Origin: Vicugna vicugna
Taxonomy: Eukaryota
Length of the DNA: 64,000 nucleotides
Direction of reading: 5' to 3'
NCBI GenBank assembly: GCA_013265495.1
Contig: MU058000.1
Location: 1,116,001 to 1,180,000, forward strand
Shown here one piece after another: positions 26,096 to 38,340 of the stretch; positions within the stretch are counted from its first letter, which is position 1; each line of letters opens with the position of its first letter. A program made the translations under genes and the position numbers. The notes beneath the pieces are model-generated. The model was not told the DNA's origin, did no database searches, and saw only the letters and a list, made by a program, of their open reading frames with translations.

Positions 26096-27754
26096 GTAGT
26101 GGTGGTGTAGGGGATATAGAGATTAGTAAGGTGTTTCTCTGAAGCTGTTAGTCTCTGCGCTATTGCTGTCCCTTCCCTACTCTCTCCTCTCACCCCAGCG
26201 CAGGTTTACTGAAAAGAGAGGTGCTGATTTTAGTAGAGGGAGGGAGGTTTACTGGAATCACGGGTGAATTTAGGGATAGGAGGAGAAGCCAAGTGGACAA
26301 AAGGAAGCAGGGCATGCATAGCCTTTAAGGAGCACATTTAAAGGTTGGTGGCTTTTGTGTTAAAACCATTAGACATGATTAATACTCTGGCAACTCCATA
26401 AATAAGAGCTTTTAGTTCCTTTGAAATAATTCTGGGTGGTGGGTGGAGGGAGCAGAAGGAGAAGCATAATTAAGGGGTAAGGGGAGAGGCAGGAGGGCCC
26501 TTCCAAAGCATTTACTTGCAGGGGGTGGGGTGGGGTGGGGGGACTTGCTTTTTTAACATGTAACTCAGCCAGTTCACCCTTCCACTGTTACATACTAACT
26601 GATGCTTTATTCTTGTTCCATAATTGAGGGTGATTACAGTTTAGAAGTAATATTTTAAAATGGATTATCTAAATGTATACTGTTAATTATATCGGCTCAG
26701 TATGTTATGTGTATAGGTTGTAAAGCATTTAGGGATTAAGTTGTAAATTAATTTTTTATCAGTTTAATTTTGTATGTTGTTCCCTATGCCCCCTGGACTG
26801 CAATATTCTCGAACAGGAATTGTCTAAAAGTACCTGAATATGTTTGTCCAGCAGCTAAGCAATATCTCTTGGTACAGATCTTGTAGAGCCAACCTGGATG
26901 AAGATACGGCAACAGGGTGGGAAGGGGACATTTTCTTTGACAAAGTTCCTTTCATATATAAATTATACATTTGTTGTAGGATAACTTGAACTAGCTGTTC
27001 AAGCTAGATTTTATTGAAATCTAGTTGGGTTGGGGAATTGAGGGGTGGTGGAATTTGCATAAAAATGTAGGTAATAAGTATGGTGCACACTGTAGGCACT
27101 TAATAGATATTTACCCAATTGGTCATAAATGAGAGGTTTCCTCGGCGGCGTGGCAGCTACTTTTTATACTATAATATATGTAAGTTGAGGGCTTTGTTGG
27201 GTTAATATAGTATTCTAATGGCGCCCTGGAAGGGCTCTTGTATTGTAGATTTCTGTAAAAAGATGCAAATGCCCAATTACTTAAGAGCCAAAATACCATG
27301 TCCAAACACTGGAAGAGATTCCATTCAAACTGAATATTTCTAGGACAATCTGATTTTAAATAAACAGCCCCCGTTACCTCGATGATTATCCTTACTGAAT
27401 GTCAAGTTTTACTTGAGCCCTGTGGTCTCAGAAAAGAACAAAGATTAAGAAATTCTCCCCCACCCTTTGTGTTCCTGGAAACGATTTAGTGCAAAGAAAC
27501 TCCATTCTTCATACAACTCAGATAAGACTCATGGACACCGCCACCTTGTTTACGCATGAAGAGGCCTGATGCAGACCCTCCAAATTCCAATTCTTCACCT
27601 CATGAATGATTAGTTGAACTGTTTTGTCTTCACTCATTAATAGAAGCAAAGTGCTTGTTAACCAAATTGTGGTTAAAATTCCCTCCTTTGGCCAATTATT
27701 GAATCTCCGCTCACTTCTCAGCCTGAACCTGCACATAAGCCCTCCTTAACAGCC

Positions 27755-28136
27755 TGTTATGGACTGGATGTTTGTGTCTCCCCAAAATTCATGCTGAAAC
27801 CCTCCCCAGCCCCCCACAATGAGATGGCATTAGGAGGTGGAGGCCTTTGGGACATGATTAGCATTAGCTGAGGTCTTGAGAGGAGGAGGAGGGTGGAGCC
27901 TTCATGGATGAGATTAGTGCATGAGAGAGCTTGCCTCCTGTCTCTGCTCAGTGCCACGGGAGGAGACAAGAAGGAGTACTCAGCAGTGTTCACACCAGAA
28001 GAGGGTCCCACCAGAACTCAACCGTGAAGGCACCCTGATCTTGAACTTCCAGCCTCTAGAGCTGTGAGAAATGAGTTTCTGTTGGATATGAGCCACCTAG
28101 TCTATGGTATTTGCTATAGCCGTCTGCACTAAGACA
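27755..28136 (+). mobile_element. MLT1A ERVL-MaLR solo LTR
   Basis: tgttatggactggatgtttgtgtctccccaaaattcat ... ctaagaca. Perfect 5-bp TSD cagcc (27750-27754 / 28137-28141). Confidence 0.92.
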
Positions 28137-28384
28137 CAGCCCCTCCTGCAACTAGACTGGCTTCATGATAAAACATTCTCTCCTCTAGTCTCTCATTGCC
28201 CCACCTTTTCATCCTGCTTCCCCATCCCTGGCTCTTTGTATCCTCGTTTACTCCTCTCTGTAAAAGAAATCCTTTCAGTCTAACTCTTGACGCGCTTCTA
28301 TGTCTTATGGTCAGAGTGCTCTTCCCATTGCAATAGCCCCACCTTTCCCTATTGCAGTATTTGCCCTACATTTACCGCTCACGA

Positions 28385-28931
28385 TGTTAGGTAGTTAGAT
28401 AAGTGGGGACCCCGGGCAGACAGGTGGAGGAGAGAGAAGATGGTCCAGAAGATGGCATTATGCCTGCCTCCAGCATAAAGAGTCTTTACTTCTAAATGAG
28501 TGCCAGCAAGAAACTGGTTAAAACCCAACAGCCACGACTGCACAGTAGCAGAAAGGACTTACCCAGACACAACCCAATGCTCACTGTATTATAATAAACA
28601 TTGAGGTTTAGGCCCCCGTACCCCATGGGTTTCTATGTGTACAGCATGGGTAAGGACATGTGCAAAGGGGCCAAACATGAGTAAGCATTCCAGGGACAAG
28701 AGCCGTCAATCAATCAGGAGACCACCTCTAAGAGCAGGTATAAAAGAAAACGGGAGACAGAAAATGCTGCTTTTCCTGCCTTGGATCAGCCCGCCTCCCC
28801 CTCTTGGGGGTGTACTCTTCCTTTTTTTAAATAAATCGTTTAAAATCTTTTGCTACACAAGGCACCATCTCCCAACTGTGAACTTGTCTTTTGGGTGACA
28901 AGAATCAGGGTCTTTACCTTTTGGGGTAACA
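28385..28931 (+). mobile_element. Younger ERV1-type solo LTR
   Basis: tgttag...ggtaaca ends, TATA-like gtataaaa near 28738, AATAAA near 28830, 4-bp flanks acga/acaa. Confidence 0.82.
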
Positions 28932-30717
28932 ACAATACTCCTTTCACGTAGTCTCTCCTTACACGTCCAAATTCGTTACTTGACATCACTCATATTTGTT
29001 ACATACTGTATCCAAGTCACTCAGAGATGTTACAAAAACTTCCTAAGAGTTTTCAGGAAAATAAGCCAGGCATGAAATTTTTCTTGCTGTTTTCAATGTT
29101 TTAGAATAAATTATGATGGTAGGGTTACTAAAACTCAAGTTCCCCCTGTAGTCTGTACTCAGCAGCTCCCACCCCCGCCTTCCCTCCAGCCCATATTTTG
29201 ATCACAACTCTAGGCTGAAGATCTCTGTGTCCACCTTCTTGAAAACAAGGCTGTAGAATAGATTTTAGGCACTGAGCATTGGTTTCTAGAATCTATTATT
29301 TGATGGCAACCCCACAGGTCTTTGGCATGAAGTGACCTAATTTTGCTTAAGGCCCCCATTTGAAGCTCATATTCTGTGAAACTGGGGTTGGTGGAAGTGA
29401 GAAATGTAGTCACTGTGGCTTTCTTATTTGGAAACAATGTTAAGAGAGAAATTATGCTTTAGTTGTGTCCACCTATTTTTGGGATTCCTTTGCAGTGTTC
29501 TGCTGTTTTCATTAGCTTCCCCAGCCCTCAGGACAGTTCTTGACATACCTCTATATACTCAGCAGATATTGCCTTCAATAAATCATTAGAAACAACTGTG
29601 TCTTGGGGGCCTCCTGCTGCAGATCTAGAGTAAAACAGTTCTGTGGCTCTTGCCGGGTTGATCAGAGTGGAGAACAGGTAAATGAGGAAGGCAGCATTTT
29701 CCTCCTGACTCCCTTCCCAAGGTCAGAGCAGGAGGAGTGCCTGTACTTTGCAGAGCATTCTTTGTGCAGCTGTTGCCTATCCCGTTGGGCTTAATTCTGT
29801 TCTCAATGAGCTGCACACCTGCGTCCCTGGCTGGCTGCCCTCCGCACGGTGGGAGGAGGCATGGGAGGGTGATTTCCTCCTTCATCCGGAGTCCTAGGAT
29901 TCGGAACTGTGCTTGTCTGTATTTTGTTGAGCATCCCAAGTGTGGGTGGTTCTGAACATCTTCCCATGTTGCTAAGCAGCCAACATCAGCTTTGTTATGC
30001 AGATTGAGGTTAAAGACGGTGAAATTTCTCAGTCATATCCAAGCATACCACAGCCCCAACAAACTTCACAATTGCACAGGAAGTCATGCATGACTTTTTT
30101 TTTTCCCCTTCTAATTTTCTAGTCAGTGGATGCTGATCTCATCTTAGGGAAGATGGTGGTGGAGACCACCTAAGCTTGGGCTTTTGAAGGATGACCTCAC
30201 AGTAAAGAATGCAAAGTGGATCCTGAAAGCTGAAAGCCTTTCATCAGCCCATTATTCTTTGTAGGCTTCCTTACGAGAGTCTAGGGTCAGGAGGGAGGTG
30301 GACAGCAGCAATTCAGATTTCACTTGACCATTGTCAAAAACTCAAGGAAATGTCTGGATGAATTTTTATCATAATCACAGGGTATATTTGGGGTATTAGA
30401 ACTTAAAATGTAACCTATGGGAAGTATGCAGAATTTACTTCAAGGAGCCCTGGGAGCACCTTGAGATAAACAGTCCTTCCCTGAAGAAGCTGAAACTGAG
30501 ATATAATTAACAGTATCATCGTGGGCCATGTCTGCGGACGCATGCCAGACATGTTGAAATGTGGAAGGCAGGGAAAGCAAATGATGTCTATAATGTGACT
30601 CCAAGATCCAAAGTCCTGGGAGGACCCTCTGATTGTGGCTGCCTGTTTATGATTAGGTTTTTTTTTTTTTTCCACCTGGTCAACTGTATGTGGCATCTTC
30701 CAGAGGGTGGCATAGTA

Positions 30718-31286
30718 TAAAGGGGAGCAGACTGTGTCACTCCAAAATATGCCCCTTTGCCATAGAATTATTTTAAGCCGAACACAATTAAGCAACAAGT
30801 GTATAAAGGGCTCTTTTCCCCCCCCATCTGCTTAAAAGCAGGGCATACATGTCCCCCTTCCTCTTTCCCGTACGAGGAAAGAATAACTCTCATCACTAGA
30901 GAGAGAAAGCAAATACTGAGATGGGTCTGCACAAACAAGTCTTGCCAGAATAACCTTTATCTTCCATTAGCCCCCTTTATTTATTTACCTTCCCACAGTT
31001 GCTGCCCCTAGAATTCATTCCCACCTTACTTTGTCTTGTCCCTTCTCCACAAATTTATTGCCCTTTGCTAAAATGATATACAACGCCCTGGGTCTAACTG
31101 ATTCTTAGGTCTATATTTCTTTTCTATGAAAGCCTCCCTACATAAAACATTAAAATATGAACATCAAATAAAATTTGTATACCTTTTCTTCTGTTAACCT
31201 GACTTTTGTCAGTCTAATTTGCAGGTCCAGATGTAATATCTAAGAGGGTAGAAGAAAGGGTTTTTTTTCCTTTTTCCTCCCCTACA
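30718..31286 (+). mobile_element. ERV1 solo LTR, MER34-like
   Basis: actccaaaatatgcccctttgccatagaattatttt ... taagagggtagaagaaa...ttcctcccctaca. 4-bp flanks agta/ggta. Confidence 0.85.
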
Positions 31287-31564
31287 GGTACTATCTCCAA
31301 ATCCATCTGTCTTTTTCTCTATGGACTTCTAACTTGCCGAAGCCGTTGGTTATCAGATTTTTTTAATCCCGTAGTTTTATCATTTTACAGTAAGCATACA
31401 CCTCCAATATATGTTTATTTACTTACTGTGCTGCATTATAAGACATACATAGAAACAGAAATTTTAAATGCAAAATATCAGCATTCTGATACATCTTTCC
31501 TAATTCCCTGATGGATTGTCGAACCCTCATTCCACTCTGAAGAGCCAGCTCCAAGAGAGTCTTC

Positions 31565-32220
31565 TTTCAAGAGCCAGAGTAAACTTTTAAAAATCTAAAC
31601 CTAATCATATTACTCATCTGCTTCTGATGAAGGTGGCTTCCCTTTGCACTAAACCCTGTTGCTGGCAGCCAGCACGCCCTCCTGCCCCGTTCTGACCTGG
31701 CCTGTCTGCTCCAGCTGCTTCTCTCCCACTCTGGCCCTGGCTCCTTAGGCTCCTACCATACTGGTTTTCATTTATTCATTTCATTCATTCAAATGCTGCA
31801 AACCTGTCACTGAGGTTTCACGTAAGTTAGTTTGAAGGCTCTTCCTTCTATTCCTCACCTGACTAGTTTTCACCCATCCTTTGAATCTCTTCTTCCATGT
31901 CATTTCCCCAAAGAGAACTTCCCTGACATCAGTCCTCTCTTCTCCCACTGATCCATGTCAGCTTTCCCTATGCTAGGGTCTCATCTCATTTTGAAAGTTC
32001 TTCTTCTTCAAGCTTATTAAAGCAGATAATTATACGTGTGTGTATATATTTTCTTGTGGCATTGTTTGCTGGATATCTACTTCTGCCGTAGACAGATTTC
32101 TGTATGTCCTGCTTCGAACTATATCTTTTTTTAAAAAAAATCATTTTATCCTGGTGCCTGGCACAATATTTAACAAATAGTAGGCACTTCATATCATTTT
32201 GATAACTGAACAAATGAACA
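31565..32220 (+). mobile_element. L2 3' fragment
   Basis: gccagagtaaacttttaaaaatctaaacctaatcatattactc ... gtgcctggcacaatatttaacaaatagtaggcactt...tgaacaaatgaa. Confidence 0.78.
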
Positions 32221-33321
32221 GTGACCCTATTTTCCAAACCAACCATGGTATGTGGCTTTTGGGGAGCAAAGACCCAGCCTATTTGGAATAAAGACTTCAT
32301 ATAATACAGGATATAGGACCAGTATGTTTCCTCTGCCTTCTTGTTAACTATGTATCAAGGTGGTATTTGTCGCTATTGTGATATGAATATCAGAAAGAGG
32401 TCATATCCAAAAATGAGCATTATCCCGCAGAAAGCCTGTCACTTCCTTTGTTTTAAAGCTGTCTTTTTCGGCAAGGAGCTGCTGATGCTACAGGTCCAGA
32501 TTACGCTTTTATTCCGTTGTCTTGATTAGGGAATAACTGAGCATTCCTAAATTATTTACAAGTTTCAGGCATTGCTGAGGACTAGCAACTGTCAAATATA
32601 GTAATTATCAGCCAGGCAGGAAGAAGGACCTGATTTAAATGTATGCATTTAAATTAACAGGAAAAGCAGAACTGGAAAAGTGACCCCCATCCCTTCCTAA
32701 GTGCCCAGACAATTAAACGCAAATGAATTTCTCCAGGGGCCTGTGCCAGCTGCCCCCATCTCTCTCAAACAGGAAGGGAAATGCCATTCATAGTGTATGT
32801 AATCCTAGGGCAGAGGGTCTGACATTGGCTGAGAGCCTATTCTGTTTGTCCAGTGCTAAGCTGCATAAACACGTGATGGGAATATATTTTGCAACATAAT
32901 TTGGGGCTTTTCCCTTTTTAACTACCTTCTGTGATAATCAAATTTTCAGTGTCTTCCCTCTCCCAGCCCAGATAGCTGGACACTGCTTGAGGGGAAGAGG
33001 GAGGTCCCCATACAGTCAGGACACAAAGATCAAAGAAACTTAGCTGTCTATTCATTTACTTCTTTAACAAATATTTAGTGCAAATCCTAAGTTGTACTGA
33101 GTTCTGGTTCTAGAGATATAATGTGATTAAAACAGGGTCCCTACGTCATGGAGCTTACATCCTACTTGGATAGATAGATAACAAAAAGAAATGAATAATT
33201 TATCAATAAAAGTGCTGTAACAATAATCATAATATTAATAACAAAATCATGTTGAAAAGACAGAAAGGGAAGTAGGTAAGGGTATTTAGATAGTTCAACC
33301 TTAATTATTTAAAATATTTAA

Positions 33322-33457
33322 ATAGTATTGCCAGATTTGGCAAATAAAAATACAAGATGGTCAATATGTATATTCAGAGGACATACATAAACTCAAATAT
33401 TATTGGTTGTTAACTGGAATTCAGATTTAACTGGATGGCTTCTGTTTTAGCTTGCAG
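33322..33457 (+). mobile_element. MER53 hAT MITE, internally deleted
   Basis: ttgccagatttggcaaataaaaatacaagatgg...gaattcagatttaactggatg. Confidence 0.75.
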
Positions 33458-33868
33458 AACAGAAATTGCACCTTGAATAATGTGAAGAGACTGGCTATAG
33501 GAAGCCCTGGAGAAGGAGGGCTGAACCAGTTCAAAATGTTAGTAAAGGTTTTGTTGCGTGATAAAAAAAAATGAATTAAAAGCCAGGTTCATTATTTGAG
33601 CAGGTTTGGCTTTGTACCAGTAGGAAATAAGCATGTGTAAAATGCCCTAAATCAGGAAAAAAGAGGAGAGAATGTTTGGGGATGAGAGGTCAAGCCAGAC
33701 TGTGAAGGTCCTGGTGGGCAATGGTATTGATTGTGGATTTTAAGTGTGATGGAAAACCACTAACAAAGTCATTTTGGAAGAAGAGTGGCATTATCTGCTT
33801 TTTATTTTAAAAGTGTATCACTTTGTCTTCAGGGTTAAGAACATCCCAAAGGCAAGAGAGAAGGTAAA

Positions 33869-34430
33869 TGTAGGGGAGGAAAAAAGTCTTTTCTTTTCTT
33901 TCTTCTAGCCATCTTAGGTTCACTGGCGGGGGTCCCTGTAAATTAGATTAATGAAAGACAGATTAACAAGAGAAAAACAAATAGAAATATATTGTACACC
34001 TCACATATACACACGGAAGTGCTCAGTGATGAGCAGCTCAGAGAGGTGGCTAGAACTTGGCATATATAGTATCTTAACAAAGGAATGATAAATTTTCAGA
34101 GAAGTGACCAGAAAAAGGAAAGGGGCTTTGAGCTTCTCGGGATGGCAAGTTGTGGGAAGGTAAATGTATGGGGGAAACTGGTGAAAGATGAAAATTGTTT
34201 TAGCAAGGTTTGCCACATAGGTTTTTCTGCCTTGTGTAGATCATACTGCCTTTTGTTGATAAGAATCTAGATTTGCTTCCAGTGATTAAGAGTCATCCTC
34301 CCCTTCCTAGTGGAGAGGGGGTGGACAGAGTGTTATCTTGAGTTTGCTTCTTCTTAAATGCCTTTCAGCTCACATTAATCCTTGTGTCAAGGTGGCATAT
34401 CTGGGGGGAGGCACACTCTGAACTCCTCCA
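33869..34430 (-). mobile_element. ERV1 solo LTR, MER34-like
   Basis: Starts tgtaggggaggaaaa (reverse complement of ttcctcccctaca). Ends aatccttgtgtcaaggtggcatatctgggggg...ctcctcca. Confidence 0.82.
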
Positions 34431-35068
34431 CTGAAAAGCCAGTGGAGGAGGCTGTCACAATAGACCTGGGCATAAGATGATGGGGCTTGATGGGGAGTGG
34501 GAGTGGTGGAGGAACATAGATTTGGTATACATTTTAAAAGTGGAACCAACAAGAAGTACCATAGGATTTCATGTGGGGTGCTGGGAAAAGAAGAATTGAG
34601 AATGATTCCTAGATTTGTGACCTAAGCAACCATTTCAATAGATGCTAATGTCAGTGGGAATGACACATTTTAGTTCAATTTCCACAGAGTTTTTTTCCAG
34701 CTTGGAGACAGGTACAAGATAGGCTGGAGAAGAACCGTGGAGACAGTGAGGAAGGGCCATTTGAAATGGAAAGATCTTAAGACTAGTGGATCATTCAGCG
34801 TCCGGAACCACCTCCAGAGAGCTAGCTGTGTGTGATCTGAGTCACACTTGTCCTGTGGCTTTCTGATGAGAGCTGTCAGTTGAGGACAGGTAGCAGGGTG
34901 TTGCCTAGCTCCTGGGATGTGAGTTCTGAGACTTGGCTCTGCATCCTACCCAACCCGCATGAAAAGCTATCTGCATCTAATAGCTTGGGACTCTGAAAAG
35001 TGTTCCCTCTGCTTCATCCTGAACATTCAGGGTACGGTAATCACAGTGGACGGCAAAGCCTCCATAGA

Positions 35069-35551
35069 TGTGGTGGGCAGCTTAGTTTCCCAAAGATGTC
35101 GACAGCCTAATCCCAGAACCTGTGAGTGTGTTATGTTGGTTTGCAAAGGGAAATTAAAGTTGCAGGTGGAACTAAGGTTGCTAATAGACTGATCTTAGCA
35201 TAAGAAGAGTTTCCTGGATTACCTAGGTGGGTCCAGTGTGATCACAAGGGTTTTTTTAATGTGGAAGAGGGAGGCAGAGAGTCAGCACAAGACTGATTTG
35301 ATCGGGCAAAAGACTCAATTTGCTTTGGACATGGAAGGGAGTAACAAGCCAAGGAATGCATTAGAAGCTGGAAAAGACAAAAAACAAATTCTTTTTTCAT
35401 GCCTCCAGGAAGGAAAGCAGCCCTACTGACACCTTAATTTTAGCCCAGGAAGACCCATTTCAGACTCCTGACTTCTATAAGTTACCAGATTTGTGTTGTG
35501 TTGTGTTATAAGATAGTAAGTTTTTGGTAACTTGTTATAGCAGCAATAGAA
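35069..35551 (+). mobile_element. MLT1D-like LTR, with its last bases displaced to ~36731-36752 by an L1
   Basis: tgtggtgggcag...cccaaagatgtc...ctaatcccagaacctgtgag...tggtaacttgttatagcagcaatagaa. Confidence 0.88.
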
Positions 35552-35635
35552 TTTCTTTTTTTTAATGAGATTTAGTCGATTTACAATTTTGTGTTAATTT
35601 CTGTTGCATGGCATAGTGATTTATATATATATGTA

Positions 35636-35670
<35 letters not shown>

Positions 35671-36730
35671 TTATATTCCTTTTCATATTCTTTTTCATTA
35701 TAGGCTCTTACAAGGTATCGAATATAGTTCCTTGTGCTATATAGTAACACCTTGTTGTTTATCTGTTTTATATATTGTAGTTAGTATCTGCAAATCCCAA
35801 ACTCCCAATTTTTCCCTCCCCACTCCTTTTCCCCCCTGGTAACCATAAGTTTGTTTTCTATGTCTGTGAGTCTGTAACTGTTTTTTAAACAAGTTCATCT
35901 ATGTCTTTCTTTTAGATTCCACTTATGAGTGATATCATATGGTATTTTTCTTTCTCTTTCTGGCTTACTTCACTTAGTATGATGATCTCCATGTCCATCC
36001 ATGTTGCTGCAAATAGCATTATTTTATTCTTTTTATGGCTGAGTAGTATTCCATTGTATGACTATACCACAACTTCTTTATCTAATCATCTGTCAAAGGA
36101 CTTGTAGGTTGTTTCCATGTCTTGGCTATTGTATATAGTGCTGCTATGAACACTGGGGTACATGTATCTTTTCAAATTAGAGTTTTTGTCTTTTCTGAAT
36201 TTATGCCCAGGAGTGGGATTGTAAAATCATAGGGTAAGTCTATTTTCAGTTTTTTAAGGAATCTCCATACTATTTTCCATAATGGCTACACCAAACTGCA
36301 TTCCCACCAACAGTGTAGGAGGGTTCCCTTTTCTCCACACCCTCTCCAGCATTCACTGTCTGTGGACTTTTTAATGATGGCCATTCTGACTGGTGTGAGG
36401 TGATACCTCATTGTAGTTTTGATTTACATTTCTCTGATAATTAGTAATATTGAGCATTTTTTCATATGCCTATTGGCCATCTGTATGTCTTCATTAGAGA
36501 AATGTTTGTTGAGGTCTTCTGCCTATTCTTTGATTGGATTTTTTGTTTTTTTGTTATTCAGTTGTATGAACTTTTTGTATATTCTGAGATGAAGCCCTTG
36601 CGAATCAAATCGTTTGCAAATATGTTCTCCCACGCCATAGGTTGTCTTTTTGTCTTGTTTATAGTTGCCTTTGCTGTGCCAAAGGTTATAAGTTTAATTA
36701 GATCCCATTTGTTTAGTTTTGCTTTTACTT
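35552..36730 (-). mobile_element. 5'-truncated L1 (~1.2 kb, ORF2 3' part and 3' UTR)
   Basis: ORF 36558-36920(-) contains KAKLNKWDLIKL..TAKATINKTKRQP..WENIFAN (ORF2p). PolyT at 35552 and a (TA)/(TG) microsatellite in the UTR. Confidence 0.95.
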
Positions 36731-36949
36731 CAGCAGAAAAAAAATTAATATACTGATCAACATAGAAGTGGATAAAATCAACAAGGACAATGATTATAGA
36801 ACATGTTTGCCCTCTTATACAGAGAGGAGACTTCAAATCTGACTTGCCAGAGGGAACTAAAAATGAGTCAGGTACCCAGATGATTAAAGGGAAACTTATA
36901 AAATACCATATTTCTTCCAATTTTCCAAATTCTTGCCTCAGTTATCAGC

Positions 36950-37303
36950 TGCTATATGCTGAATGCTTGTGAACGTCCAAAATTTGTATGTTGAAATCCT
37001 AACCTGCAATGCGGTGATATGAGGAGGTGCGCCCTTGGGAGGTGATTATATCATGAGGGTCCACATGAATGGCATTAGTACCCCTACAGAAGAGACCACA
37101 TAATCCTCTCCTGTCCTTTCTGCCATGTGAGGACATAGAAGGTGGTCATCTAGGAACCAGGGAGCAGGCTCTCACCAGACACTGAGTCTGCTGTCACTTT
37201 GATCTTGCACTTCCCAGCCTCCAAGAATTGTAAGAAATACATTTCTGTTGTTTATAAATCACGCAGGTTATGGTATTTTGTTATAGCAGCCCAGGCTAAG
37301 ACA
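36950..37303 (+). mobile_element. MLT1A0-like solo LTR
   Basis: tgctatatgctgaatg...gttgaaatcctaacc ... gttatagcagcccaggctaagaca. 5-bp flanks tcagc/ttagc. Confidence 0.9.
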
Positions 37304-38119
37304 TTAGCACGTCTTTCCAGAATTAATTAGAAGTCTTTGGGTTCAGTCTGCTTTACATAGAACACTGATTATCTGTGGCCTCCACCCCGATGCTATAAAA
37401 TCCTTCAAAGTGCAAATTATGTTTTATTCATAGTCTTAATTCTAGCACTTAGCAAATGATTGTTGAACAGGTAGAGAAATAAATGAATGACTAAATGAGT
37501 GAATGAATGCTGCTTGTTCCTTTCAGTTTTGACAAATGAGTATAGTAGACCAGTATGTATATAACTTGTGTTGGAAGATCACCAGTTAAGCTTGAATTCA
37601 TGCAAGTCATTTTGCGAGGCCTTGTTTGACAGATCCATTTGTTATGCAAGGTCATACTGTTGTAATTGTTGTCCCTCAGCATAAATATGGGCCAGGAACC
37701 AAGCATTAAAATGCAGTAAGTCCTTGGCATCTATTCTCTTCCTTTGTAGCTTGACCTGATCTCTGACAAGCTGGAGGAGAACCAGCCTGAAAAGTAGCCT
37801 GCAGCCCTGCCAGACTGCTCTAAGAATGACAGCTTTGGTTTACGAGTGGGAGCAGGGCAACATATGGGGGTGGGGTGGGGGTGGTCAGTCCACAGGGGAG
37901 ACTGGAACTCAGCTGGCTTGGAGGACTGGGACAGAGGGTGAGGCAGGGCACGGGGAGAGGACATTAGGAGAACTGTGTGAAGCCCTGGTTGTTTTAGGTC
38001 AGATCTGAGATGCATTTGTTCAGTGATGGTTTGCTCTACTAGGTGCTTTGTGCAAAGGCACCGTGCAAAATGCCCCAAGGGAGGCAACAAATAATCACAG
38101 CTGGCCTTTCCTTCTCTTT

Positions 38120-38340
38120 TACTGTGTGGCAGGTACTGAGCTGAGCAGTTTTAAAGCAGTATCTCATTTAATCCTCAACACAATTCCATGAGTGCAGAAC
38201 CACTATGACACTCGTTAAACTGATGAGGAAAATTAAGCTTAGTGACAGTAAATGCCCAGGGGCACCCAGTAAGTGGCAGAGCTGGCTATTCAAACTGAAG
38301 CCTCATGCAAAAGCCTGTTCTCCTAACTTCTGCACATCCT
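38120..38340 (-). mobile_element. MIR SINE
   Basis: atctcatttaatcctcaacacaattccatgag...tgatgaggaaaattaagcttag. Confidence 0.8.

Larger units (their letters stand above)
27421..28985 (+). mobile_element. Ancient ERV1 LTR (MER67-like) split by two nested LTRs
   Basis: ccctttgtgttcctggaaac...agataagactcatggac...gaccctccaaattcc, resuming at 28137 and 28932, ending gtctctccttacacgtcc...ttgaca. Confidence 0.7.
33048..34650 (-). mobile_element. L2 fragment interrupted by MER53 and an LTR
   Basis: tattcatttactctttaacaaatatttagtgc tail; atggagcttacatccta; ccagtggaggaggctgtcacaatagacctggg; agaattgagaatgattcctagatttgtgacctaagcaac. Confidence 0.75.

Noticed and set aside
25608..31286. Provirus bounded by two same-strand MER34-like LTRs
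   Set aside because: Each LTR has its own near-TSD. There is no PBS, PPT or gag/pol, and the interval holds unrelated repeats and unique DNA.
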